64,000 nt of DNA from Chrysomallon squamiferum (lineage: Eukaryota > Animalia > Mollusca), in contig CM022668.1 in NCBI GenBank assembly GCA_012295275.1, forward strand, positions 1,364,001-1,428,000, given 5' to 3'. Made by a program: the position numbers and the translations under genes. Shown piece after piece: positions 27,961-41,600 of this stretch. Position 1 is the first letter of the stretch. Every line of letters starts with the position of its first letter. A model generated the notes under the pieces. That model saw only the letters and a program-made list of their open reading frames with translations, did not search any database and was not told the DNA's origin.

Positions 27961-29399
27961 TCATTTACTGACATTTGTTTCTTCAACCTGGACATTGCTA
28001 GTATCTGACCCTGCAATAATAATAAAAAAATATATTTATTACCCAGTAATAACAATCACATGTGAACAAAAAGAAAGTGTCAAATTATTTCAAGATGAAT
28101 GAACATAATTTTTTTACCATACAGTTGAATGTACTAATGTGTAAAATTATTGTCATTTTCTCCAGATGTTATGAAATTAATGTATTAGTATTATCAACAT
28201 GAATACAACAGACATGGACTTTTCCCCAACATTAATTTCATGTTTTATATTTTTTGTTACTACTTTCTTCTCTCTTTCCATTAGTTATATAATAATTTAC
28301 TTTAATGATTTCAAGGTAACTGGTATAATAAAATTGTTTTACAAATGTATTAATCATATTATATTAGTCTGCAGTGGAAGACTGGTGCATCGTTTAATAT
28401 ATATGTTCTTTTTAAATTTATAATTTCAACAATTCTATATTTTAATTAAACACAAATGATATGTGATTTTTTATGCTTTTATTTACCTACTGAAAATATT
28501 TTATACATTTTGATAATTAATTGTTAACATTAGTTTCAGAGGTAAGGACTTTAGAAATATTTCCTTAGGTGATTAGCTCATCAAAATTTTGAAGAATTTA
28601 ATTATATAAAAAGATACTCATTGTTTATATTTATCTTAAATAAAGCACTGCAAATCACACACACACACATACACACACACACACACATTTTTGGTGTTTA
28701 GTAATTCTATAGCTGAAGTAACATATAAAAGGAGAAATTTGCATTTTCTACATAAACATTTGCTGGAAATATATAACCTTGATTTAAACTATTTGTTAAC
28801 AAAAGTTAAGAAGTTATTCCGTCAAAGTTATGTTACACAGACTTTTTCTCCCTGATCATATACTATTATCTATTGACTAATTTATTTGGTTGATTCTAAT
28901 CTGACTTTGACACAAATAATTTAAACAAAACAAATGTGAAGGGTATACACTATACTAAGAAATCAGTGTGTTATCCAAAATTATAACCTACATTTTTTTC
29001 TAACATTCAATTTTCAAACGGAAATACGTGAATGTCCATTTTATTAATTTATATTAATCTTTATCAACATTTCGTAATTATAAAAAGAGAAATTGTTTTT
29101 ATTGTTTAAAGTTGTTGTTTTTTTTTTTTTTTTTTTTGTTAATACAGAACTGTAAGGTAGCTGAATACATATGTACTAATAAAAATAAGTAAATAATGTG
29201 TATTACCTCGGGACATAGGAAACAGCGGATACAGGGGTGGTTTTGGTAAAGGAGGTTTTATGGGATAACCATGTTTCTCCTTGTAAGGCCTGATGATACT
29301 ATGATAAATTACTGGAAAGAAGTAAATGCCAAGGCATCCGCCCGTGAAAGTAAACACAAAAATTTTAGCATGCCTTGCTGATTTAAATCTAATTCCCAT
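27961..29399 (-). CDS. 80-aa single-pass membrane microprotein
   Basis: Exon 29399-29207 (g|gtaata, phase 1) plus exon 28010-27961 (ttgcag|) give MGIRFKSARHAKIFVFTFTGGCLGIYFFPVIYHSIIRPYKEKHGYPIKPPLPKPPLYPLFPMSRGSDTSNVQVEETNVSK*. Confidence 0.65.
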
Positions 29400-29779
29400 A
29401 GTATGTTTGTGCAATTTAAGCGAAAATATACCGATACATTCTTATTCAATGGTTACCATCAAAAACGGGATGTTAGTTATTAAGGGCTCAAACCACATTT
29501 AATATATTACAATTTAGAATTTATTAAAAATAATATATATATTTTTTATATTGTAAAGAGAATCTTCACATTTGATTCCTGTAAAAGTAAAACGTGATGA
29601 AAAATAAACCTAAATAGATAAATCATGACATTTATCTTTCATTACATTTAGAAAAAAAGAAAAAAAAGATGAGGGAAATTACAACGAAAGAAAGTTGGCG
29701 GTTAGTGTAGAGACTAGTTCTCGAGCCATTTACTCCAAATTATGTAGTGAACCAGTCTAATGGGTATTTGACAAATAGT

Positions 29780-29794
29780 GGCGCTGATTTCAAA
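29780..29794 (+). promoter_or_regulatory. CDE-CHR-like element (DREAM/MuvB site)
   Basis: GGCGC-tgat-TTCAAA, i.e. a GC element, a 4-nt spacer and TTYRAA, ending 33 nt before the Spindly ATG. Confidence 0.55.
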
Positions 29795-29827
29795 TTGACT
29801 TTTAAGAACACTAACAAAAATATAACT

Positions 29828-30033
29828 ATGGATTCCTGTAAGCAGTGTTATTTTTATATATTTTACAAGTTAAATAACTGCATAAAATGTCTGTCTTACC
29901 ATATCCATGCTTTTAGTAAATCAGCAAGATTAATAACAAACAATATTAATATTATTAATAATTACGATTATAATTATTATTTAATTTATTATCAATATCA
30001 TCATCATCATATAAAGCCCACGAACAGACAAAC

Positions 30034-30086
<53 letters not shown>

Positions 30087-30401
30087 TGCACATATAGTTG
30101 ATTAGTTCATTTTAAAGTCAGATAAAAAATAAATATTAGGACTGCCTTAGATGAAATCAGATAAAATAGATTACGCCACTGTTTTATTTTATTATATTTA
30201 AAAAAAAAAAAAAAAAAAATCGCATATTATTATTTAGATCCCTTACACATTATGATTATACAAATGTTTTTCTATTTTATTAATGGCATTCTGTTTGTCA
30301 GTAACTTTTATTAAACTTTTAGAAGTTATATTTACATAATACCATACGGATTTTTGTTTTGTTTTTACTGTTTTTATTTTAATTTATTAATTAATTATTT
30401 A

Positions 30402-30432
<31 letters not shown>

Positions 30433-33400
30433 GCGTGCGTGCGTGTATGGTGTCTATAATACTCTACTGATATTGCCTTCTTTGTACAAATATTTCTTTT
30501 GGTTGTTTAAATTTTGTGATGAAGTTATTCTTCCAGTTAATGTAAACTAATATTAATAATCAACATTTAGACACAAATTTGTCAGATGATTATATTATTA
30601 ATATGGAAATGATGATTAATCAAAATAATTTTAGAAACAATATTCTTGTATCCATTACTTTTTTTTGATAAATATAATTGATATGTATTTTTTAACAGGT
30701 TCTCCTTTAAAAAATGAAAATAAGGAACTCCGACAGCAGCTTGAGGTAATTATTTTTAATTTAAATTCTTTAACTGAAATCAATATCAAATTGATAAACA
30801 CCAATCCTATGTAATCACCACTACATCTCTAATAGTACTGTTATAGAAATTACAATGGCATGTATATTACTAACTGAAACTATATCATGTTTATAAATGA
30901 TAACATGATAATAAATTATAATATATCTTTTTTAAGATGCATTTTATGATGACTAACCTGTTAAAACAAATATTTTAATAAGAAATACATACCCAGTACT
31001 GAACAAGATATACAGTGACTAATCAATTAGTAAGTCACATGCTTTAAAAAAATAATCCCCCAAAATAGAAACAAAACCAGTTTACCTACATATATGATAT
31101 ACTTGATTTCAACTGGTTTTAAATGACATTATAAAACACATATTAGAAAAGAACTGTTACGATTATAATGTGTAATTTATTATCATGCTCATTTACACAC
31201 AAACTCAGACACAGAGATTACTGATAATAAAAATTTGCTTTACATACAGGATGCTATGCAGGAACTTCATATCACAAAACAACATCTTGCACTGAAACAA
31301 CAAATGGAAATCTTTTTGCAAGAAGAATTGGAAGAAGAAAAAAGAATTAAAAATTCTTCTGTGAATGTGACTGAGAAATCAAAAGAACCAGAATTAAAAA
31401 AACAAGTAAAGTTTCTTTTTTTTAATTAACTCATTAAGGATGTTGTTGTCATTTTGATTGTTGTTAAAATCATTTCAGTTGTTACAGCACTTCATTATTG
31501 TATGTACAATTCAAACCATCTTCAACTTCATAAATAAAACATCATACTGCTTGTGTTGTGTTAATAATTAAATAAAAAAGAAACAATGAAAGAGAAAAAA
31601 AGCAGAGAAAAATAAAGCAATAAACAAAATAAAAATAAATGAATAAATGAATAAAGAATATAAGAAAAAACATACCAAGCTATATCCCCTAATCTTACAC
31701 AACCAAAGAAAGTAGCAACCTTTTTCTCACCATTATCTATAAACATTTAGAACAGCAGCTTTTGACTAGCATAAAATATAGATTCTGACTTATAAAAATC
31801 AGGTATTTTAAATCTTACGGCTTTTAGTCCAGGCTTTTAAATGTACAATGTCCTATAAACATTATAACAGTAATAACATTTTCAGATCAGCCTACAAATT
31901 GGTCATATACAAACAGTTTCTCTCTTTTTCAGAGCACAAAGATGATTTCTTTCTTTCCATTTTTATCATTTTTCAGTTGGTTAATAGCACTGAAACAAAT
32001 TTTAAAAAATCATGTAATAAAAATTTTTGACAGTGAAAAAAACTAAAATAAATATAATAAATAAAAATAAAAATTAAGCTTTTTAACAATGTCATGAACA
32101 TTTATAAACTAGAGGTAATTGAAGTTTAATAAAACTGAATAACAATGGACCAAATTATAAACACCTTCATTGCCCATCTCATCCAGAATTAACATTTTAT
32201 CACAACATACACACAAATGCAGATATCAGCATTATAACATTCATAAATTAATAAATAAAACAGTCATTTAGACTTAAATTTAAAAGTATGGTATTTGTAT
32301 CACTAAAAGTGCACTTTAATGTGATTGCAGATTGAGGAACTTGAAAATGAACTTGACAGAAGAGATGCAACAATTGAACAGGTGAAAGAACAAGTGACTC
32401 ATCTGGAAAGAGCTCTGGTAGATCAGATTAATGCTGCAGTGTCTTTCTCTCAGCAGGAACAGCCATCTTGTACTGAGCAGATCTTCTCTTTGAATGAGGA
32501 AAATGTTTGTATTTCATCTATTAACATTTTGATATTTCTGACATAAAATAAATTAATCTGTAATTATAATTCAGTTTCAGCTGCATGATAGGAAAAAGAG
32601 AAAAGTAATAACTTTAAACTAAAAACTTATAATAATTAAATGATTCCAAGTGATTAAAATGAAAGCTTTATGCCTTTTTCTAGTTTGAAAAGAGACTTTA
32701 ATGAAATGGTTGATGAAAGATATTTTATGTCTGCTCATGAAAATGTTTGATGCAATGAGTTGTATAAAGAGAAAAGAAAGCATTAGAGGCAGATACATTG
32801 TTATCTTTCACTTCTTTTACAGGAAAAACTGAAGGAACTGGTGTCTAAGTTAGAAATGGATATAGAAAAACTGAAACAAGAAAAAGCCAAGCAGGAAAAA
32901 GAAAACTCTGAAAAAGATACCATAATAGAAGAAATAAAATGTGAACTAGCATCATTTGCCAATATGTTAGAAGTGAGTTTATAACACATTTTTTTTTTTT
33001 TTTTACCAAATAATTAAACTGCTGGACTGAACACTTGTCCTTAGAGAGACAACTTGTTTTTGAAAGATGCATGTAAAAGATTGCTGCTTTTTGATACGAG
33101 AACCAGTTGAAAAATTGCAGATTTCCTTTCCCATACCATCAACATACAAACTGTTGTAACTTTCATCCTTTAATCATTAATAATAAAATGTGCTGAAGTG
33201 AAAGAAAATACTAATTCTGAATATAAATCGTTGACATATGTTTTGGCTCTTCATTCATTAATGTTTTTTCACAGATATATTTTGGACTGCTGAGTAAGTT
33301 TCAACCATCAATTTTTTTCTCAGTAATTTGTGTTATTATGTTTTTCATAATTTCTGTTTCATGTAAAATAAATAACTGTAATGACACAGGAATAGAATTA

Positions 33401-36011
33401 CTGAAAAGGATTGACTTCATTATACTACAGCATTAAATATTAAATCTTTTAGTATCAGATTCTGTTGTCTCCATTTAACAGAAAACACGGAGGCAGAACA
33501 TTGAACAAAATATGGAACTGGAAGAAATGAAAATGGTAACCAGCAAACCTGCTCCAAAAGGAAATTCTTTATATGCTGAGGTAGTAAACAATTTAATTAT
33601 TAGTGTTATGTTCAGTTTTGTATTTTATTTAAGTTTTATTTAAGATAAATTATGAAAAGTGAAATAATGCATATTTTAAGATAGAACTCACAAAATAACT
33701 GTATTTTAGAAGTATTAACAATTTGTTTTGTAAGAATTACAGATTTATGTTATGAAGTTTAATTCAGTAATTTAAATGTAACACTTTAAAATTCTTAATA
33801 TGTTTTACATTCATTAATTTCTGGCTATTTCCTATGCATCTAGCTTGATGACCGACGAATTGCATCAGAGAAGAAACTGGCAATGCTGCAAGGTCAGCTG
33901 AAGACAATGCAAGAAAAATATTTTCATGAACATAAAAATAACCAAAAACTGAAGGTACTGAAAAATACATTACATTTTAGTTAGTTGCATAAAAATTCTT
34001 TAAAACAGATAAAAATATTCATTAAAATTTTCTTTAAAATAAAAAGTTAAGAAATTTCAGTTTTTGACTGGCTCTATCACATGAGTGAACAGAAATATAT
34101 ATATTTCACATCTCATTATCAAAATGAATTTTATCACTTTATTTTCACTGTTTGATACATATGTTCATAAAATAACAGATTATATTGCTTTTGTGTCTGA
34201 TGGAAGAACTAATAAAGTGAGGATGGATGGATGGATATATGGCTGTTAGTATGTTTGCATGCATATATAAATGTGTTTATCTCATTGAATGATTTAACAC
34301 TGATAAAGTTATCTTTATAATCTACTCAAATTATGTATCTGTGCAGAAACTGAAGTAAATATTTTACAATTGCAGATACAAATGATTATGATGGAACCGA
34401 GAGGCACAGATGTTGATTCTGAGGAAAATCGTAACTTGAGACTACAGATCATTCGCTCCAATGCAGAAATAACGAGATTACTTAAAAAACTGACCGAATA
34501 TGAGAATCTGGATGTATGTAATCAGAACAAAACATATTGTTTTAGAAGTAATTAGGGAATTTATAAACTATTTCAAAGAAATATATAGTTTTTGTAAATC
34601 AAAATAAAGGTTAAAATTGGATTCATCTAAGAAATGTATTGATCAGCTGAAGTGAGAAATTAATGCAAAGTAATAGTTGTATTTTGTTTTCATAATATCC
34701 AACATTACATTTGCTGTATGTAGATAAAAAAAAATACAGTTTTTTTAGCTTTGCTAAGTTTTTATTATTTGGCCAAATGCAAAAACTATCAAACTTTTTT
34801 CCTATAATTTAGAAATGATTACTTAGAAGGTTTTAATTTGTTTTGTTTTTATTGTTCATGATGTAGTTTTCATTTAGAATGGTCCTGATTTTCAGATTGC
34901 AGATAAAATATCTGAAATTTGCAAGTCTGATGATTCCAAGATTGAAAAAGAAAAAGCATTTAGCGATTTTCTTCTAGCAATGTTGAAGAACAAAGAGTAA
35001 GTTTTAAATCAACAATGTTTTTTAGTTTAACTCTGTGTCTGTATAAAACTGATTTATCAATTTGTTTTCACATCACTGACGTTGATCCATTTTTAACTTG
35101 CAAACATATATAGTTTTAAAAACAGTCTTTAAAATAATGAATCTTACTTGGGATACATATTGAATCATTATGAATATTCAGATTTAGAACTGATAAATTA
35201 CATATGTTTCTGTGAAAAGACTTATTTTTGCTATTTCACAAAATATTAGATGGATAGAAAACAGAAAATACCTTTAAGCTTTAATTTATCTTAGAAAAGA
35301 GCTCAAAGATGTAAAAGGTGAACTCAGAAGTGTAAGTATGATGTACTGGGATGAAAACAGCAAACTGGTAGAGCAGGAAAGAGAGCTTTTTCTCCTGGAG
35401 AAGAACAAAAAGAAATTAATGTCTCAGATTGTTCAGTTGAACTTCAGAATTGAGGAACTGCAGGCTAAGTATGAACCAGGTCAGTTTTATACTTAGATTT
35501 ACATGTGTTATTAATTTAAATAAATAAGTTATCATTTTTCCAGTGTTTTTGAATCATGTGAAAACTATTAATTTTAGCATTCTAATTTTGTTATGTAAAC
35601 TTTTTTTTTCCATTTTGTTAACATGATCTATTTTTGACAAATATTTTGTATAAAATAGAAAAGCCACAAGCTTCAGGAGGGATAACAGAAAAAATTGAGT
35701 TTGACGTTTCTGATGAAGAGACAGAGAATTCAGAAGTAGAGATAAGAGAATCATGTGGCTCACTTGGCTTCACTGAGGAAAATATTCATCATTTAACACA
35801 GAGTGAAACAAACATTTACACTTTGTCAAAATCAGAAGAGGATGAAATAACTGATGAAGAGTCTGCACTGTCTGACAAGGAGAATGCAACACTGAAAGAA
35901 ACTAATAATGCAGTAACTGTTTTGAACAAAGTTAAGACAAAGAAAAGTGTTGTTCATGTTCCAAAGAAAATTCAGAAACAAAGTGAACCTGAAGATTGTA
36001 AAGTTCAGTGA
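29828..36011 (+). CDS. SPDL1: Protein Spindly, kinetochore dynein adaptor (~507 aa)
   Basis: Exons 29828-29837, 30699-30745, 31250-31405, 32331-32504, 32823-32972, 33482-33580, 33844-33954, 34376-34513, 34896-34996, 35295-35479, 35659-36011. Long coiled coil, Spindly box KGNSLYAE|LDDRR, ELQAKYEP, and C-terminal CaaX CKVQ*. Confidence 0.88.
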
Positions 36012-36064
36012 AACAGCTGTAAAAACTTTGTTTTACTAAAATCTTCTTTAATTTCAGTTTAAAC

Positions 36065-36115
<51 letters not shown>

Positions 36116-38678
36116 TATACAGCTGTTGTATTGATCCCAAGTCATATGAAACATTTTATTTATTCTTTTACACATACTTTAAATCAATGAAATTAATGTG
36201 TTCTTTAATTAATACAATATTTTTTAACTGTGGCTACTGCTGTTAAATTTTGTTCATGATGAATTTTTCTGAATAAACTTGTTAATTTTTGGGGGGAAAT
36301 GTTATGTTTTGATATAAAAAGGATTGTTTTTTTGGTAAGGTTTGTGGTAATTAATTAATTTGTATCAGTAACCATTACAGTCATTTGAAGAACACTGCTG
36401 AAAATCCTTGTGGATTTCACTATCATTTTAGATCCATGTTATCAAATTTCCAGGAAAATAGGTTTCTTTAAAAGATACATGGAATTTTGATTCTTTTTCT
36501 TTCAACCAGATGTTATAATTATGTAATTAGTAATTATCACGATGTAACCAAAGTAATAATGTAGCTATACCTCATAATAAAGTGAGATCACAACGAAGGA
36601 AAGGTATATGAGTTTTTTGTCCAAATAATAAAATAAATAAAAGACAAATTATACAGTAATGATCTCCGATATTTAAGACAGAAATAAAATAAATTACACT
36701 TATAAGTTATCTTTGTCCGAAACTAGAATCCAAATAGTCAAAATACTTTTCTGTACATTCCAACCATCATACAAATCTTTCTAACAACAAGTATTATATA
36801 AAGCACTCATCAGGATCCATGGAAGTACATTGTTTTCAAACACAAACACACACACACACACACACAATATAATGCTATGTAATACAAGGGGTTGCTTTTC
36901 ACACTGAAAGATACTTAACTGACATTAAGTTATAATGTGAACTTCTAATTAAAAAAATAGTTAAAACCTGATTTTCATGAATTTGACCCATCCTGTAAAA
37001 AGCTATTTGATGGTCACAACCCCCTGGTTGAAAACCTTTGGTGTAAATATAAACCATATTACAATCAATTAAATTTTGTAACATAACATACTTTAAAGAA
37101 TAACAAGGCATTTTTATTTATTTATTTACTTGGTATAAATATATTATCTTCTTTTTTCAAACTGTATGAAAGGAAATAGTATTCACATTGCTGTAATGAT
37201 ATTCACTATTAACAATTATCATCCTGCTTACTTCTGAATTGTCTCCATTATAAATCCTTGTTTGACCAAATTTGTGTCGACGAAAGTAACCTACATTATT
37301 AATCTCTTTGCAAGCATTTATTTTGAAAGCTATTGTCTTCAGTTGATGCTAATTTCGGTCTGTTAGACAATTATTTATCTGTCTACGTTCAAATGGAACT
37401 TTAATTGAAAATTAAAAGTCAGGACTACTTCCTTATCGATTTGAGATGGAATATGACAAAAATGGCATCATTTTAATCCTACTGAAAATGTGAAAAGTAC
37501 CCATATAATGACGTAAAGTTGCTCACAATTTTTGGTAGCTGTTAAAGCAAATTCTGAATTGATTTTAGTTATACTTATAGGTATTCATTGTAAATAATGA
37601 GTGTTGCATATTTAAAACACAAATTGGTGGGGAAAAACATTGCAATTTTCGGTTACCGTAACTGCGTTATTTGCCGTGTTACTCGCAGTCACTGACAGCA
37701 ACCATTGCCGAGCGCTTTGTACTGAAGTTTACGTAAGAAATTGGTTTCAGTTTTATAGTAAGAACAAAAATGTTATCGGTTATTAACAATATAATAAAAA
37801 CGGTTCATCGGATAAACACAAAAGTTTCATATTCATTATAAATGTAAATGCAATAGGAAAAATGTTGGTCATGATTTCACACAATATAATATTCAAGTAC
37901 CATTTAAAACTATAGTTAAATCATATATTAGGATTGAGGAATATTTTATAACTACTTTATTTTAAAAATTTGATACAGTTATCGACTAATAAAATACAAT
38001 TAAATGAGTATCATAGGTATTGACCTTGATTATGTATAGTTTTAGAGAGAAACATTCGGATAGTGCAACTTGATAACATTGGGCCAGTTCCCAATATGGC
38101 AACAGGACACAGTCGTCTGCTACTTCCCTTCATGCGCAGTTGAAATTTCGCCATTATTGCACCACGCGTTTAATATTATTTCTAAGGCATAAATATATAT
38201 ATATATATTTTTTCAATATTCGAATTCTGCTAAGAAGGAAAGGTGAATTTGTTACGTGTGTTGAATAATTATCTCTTTATAGAATGTTGATTTATTTAAA
38301 GAAATAAAAATGTCTTCCTATCCATAGGTTTAAAGTTACATCTGTTTTATTATCGATATCAACTTAAGAGTAAAGTCTTATTAGCGGTGGTGTCTGTTGA
38401 TCTAGACACGATACCAGCTACCAAGAATTCGAAGTAGGTGATGATTATAAACATCAGTTTGGTTATAACATACAGTGATACTCTAACGATAAATATCATT
38501 AATATGTGACAGAATATTGTAACAGTTTTTATGATGTGACTGACTGTGACTGTATCTCGATGTTAATTTTATTATCCGCATACAATGAATGAATGATACA
38601 TTTGTTACGTTTAGTCCACGAACTATATTTACATATTAATAATTAATATTATCATTTTAGTTTACACTTTGACGTAAA

Positions 38679-41600
38679 ATGCCACCAAAGAAAAAAGATG
38701 AACATGTAGGACCACCACCTTTGATTGGTCGAGTTGGAACAAATCTAAAAATTGGAATAGTTGGCTTGCCAAATGTTGGGTTTGTATTAAATTGTTTTAC
38801 TATTTACGGATAATTTTAATTAACAAATTCATTAAACAGTCAGTTTTAAATTATTTACATTGATCATATATTTTATTAACATTATTTTGAATAAATATTT
38901 ATATTGTTTTCTTTCAGAAAATCAACATTTTTTAATGTGCTTACCAAAAGTCAAGCACATGCAGAAAACTTTCCATTTTGTACAATAGACCCAAATGAAA
39001 GTAAGTTATGTAAAACAGATGTATATAGACTATTCTATTTTAATGGAATTACAATATCAAAAATAATTTAGGACTTACATTTTTATACTTAGATATATAT
39101 TATTAACATGAGTAAATCCTTCACAGTACATCATTCCATACAGTTATATTATATAGTTATGAAAAAATGTATTTATAACAATAATCTATATATTAATTTT
39201 TTTTTTAAAGTGGCAACTTAATATATTCAGTAATTATTGGCTGTCTCTATGTCTACATAATCAACATCTTTTAAAATCAGTCACAAACTGTAAAAAACCC
39301 ATTTTGTTTTGCTGATAGTTGAATATAGCCAGAAATATGTGAAAATGTCTCATGTTCATGTCTAATAATTGAATATATTTTCTAGATTTTTAAATTATAA
39401 TGCATCACTTAAAAATTGCCATAATAAACTAAGCAAGTTAGTAGTATTAATGAGTTTGTTTGTAATTTGTTGCAAGTGGTAAAATTATTGTTACGAATGC
39501 ACTTTCAAAAATATATTTTCTGTGTGCTATATATTTTACTGAGATCTAAATGTTGTAGTGAATTTAAAATTCTGTCAAAACTGTCTTTCAAATTTCACTG
39601 TTAATTATTTATCACTAAAACAAGAAGAAAAAAACATTTTTTTTCACAGCAGAAGTATTTTTTTGTAGGTCGTGTGCCAGTTCCAGACAAAAGATGGGAA
39701 TTTTTAGTAGATCATTACAAACCAGTTAGGTCAGTATAATTTTCATTTTGTTCCTTAATGCAATAAAGAAATATATATATAATAACAGTTTAAAAAAAAA
39801 CCCCCAAAACCCCAAACAAATATAAGAAAAAAGACCTAGTCTCTTTATTATTGTAGAATAACTTTTTGTGTGTATTTTATAATTTCAGTTCTGATTTTGA
39901 AGAAAAAAGAAAGATAAACGATTATATCTATTGAAGTAAAGGAAAAGTAGATACATCATAACACCTTTATTTCACTTGAGAACATCTTCCTGAAAGTTAT
40001 TAATTTAATAACCATCATTTCATTTCAGCAAGGTTCCTGCTTTCCTCAATGTTGTGGACATAGCAGGTCTTGTGAAAGGAGCCCACGAAGGAAAAGGACT
40101 TGGAAATGCTTTTCTTTCGAACATCAGTGCCTGTGATGCAATCTTTCATGTTGTTCGTAAGTATCAGTGGAATATGAGAATCTCCTTCAGATTATTCTCA
40201 TTTATTGAAAAACTGAAGTGTGAGAAGCCATTATTGTGTGGTATGCAAAAAGGTCTCTTGCAGCTAGTTTATATTTTGCCTGTAACAACAAATAATTGAA
40301 AAATAAATAAAAAATTCAAAAAACAAACAACCCATGATTATTCTAAAAAATCTTCAGAGTATAATATTTATATATCCATAAATATCCATGGTGCCTGATC
40401 TATAATGTACATAATGACAAAGCAGCCTAGAAAATGGCATCATTTTGTTCACTTTAATGATTTAATATCACAATAGGGAAAGAACCATAACTCTGGGTGG
40501 AATATTTCTACACCAGCACTCATATTCTATCAGTAAACACAAATGCTAAAATGATATGTCAAGTCTCTGTGTGATAATATTAAATTTTACAATTTTATTT
40601 TCAAATTTTATTTTAAACACTGATCAATAATAAAATTTTAATCAAATGAAGATTTTATAACATAATAATAATTTATAAGTTATAAAAAGAAATATAATTA
40701 AGTGAGTTTATTAATAGATTTTTCCTTTAAATATTTATTTTTTAATTTTAAAAATTATCCCTGTGTTTAACTAATACTTTTTTAATAAACATTTTTCATA
40801 TATAAATAAATAAATAAATATAATAAATCATGTATTTTATCAACAGTTTATTTTATTTGATACATCAATTTATTTCAGGATGTTTTGATGATGAAGAAGT
40901 AGTTCATGTTGAGGGAGATGTAAATCCTGCCAGAGATTTAGAAATTATTCATGATGAACTCAGACTGAAAGATTTAGAATTTCTTAGAAAACAGTTAGAC
41001 CCAATTGAAAAGACAGCAGCAAGAAGTTCAGATAAAAAGAAAAAATATGAATATGTAAGACAATAAATATGCATTATTTTAGCAAAATGTTTAATAATTA
41101 AGAATTATATTTTGACTGTATATATAAACATATTTTAAAATTCTTGTTTTTTGAAGACATTATTTTTATCCTTATTTCAGCGTTACTGATAATCATAAAG
41201 TATCTGAATGGTAAGAATGTTTCATATTCTGTGTCTTTTTTTCAGGACACTCTGGTTAAAGTTCGCAGTCTTCTCACAGATCAGAAGCAATGGGTGAGAC
41301 ATGGAACATGGGATTCTAAAGAAGTACGTGTAGATTAGGATGTATTACCATTTTCAGCCCACATTCAGATTTTCCTTGACAGTACAATTTAGACCACAAA
41401 CATATTTTCACATTAACAATGAGTTTAATTTTTTGTTACTATGCATAGGATAGTTTTAATAAGTTTTAATTATTTCTTGCTTGTTTTTTTTCCCCTTTAG
41501 ATAGAAGTTCTTAACAGCTGTTTATTTTTAACAGCCAAACCTGTCATATACCTTGTGAACTTGTCAGAAAAGGACTACCTCAGGAAAAAGAATAAAAGGT

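Noticed and set aside
29694-29727. tRNA or SINE-like A and B boxes (tggcggttagtg...gttctcgagcc)
   Set aside because: Spacing is too short and no cloverleaf forms; more likely promoter sequence.
40330-40400. C/D snoRNA in an OLA1 intron
   Set aside because: Imperfect box C (atgatta), no terminal stem, and no recognisable guide.
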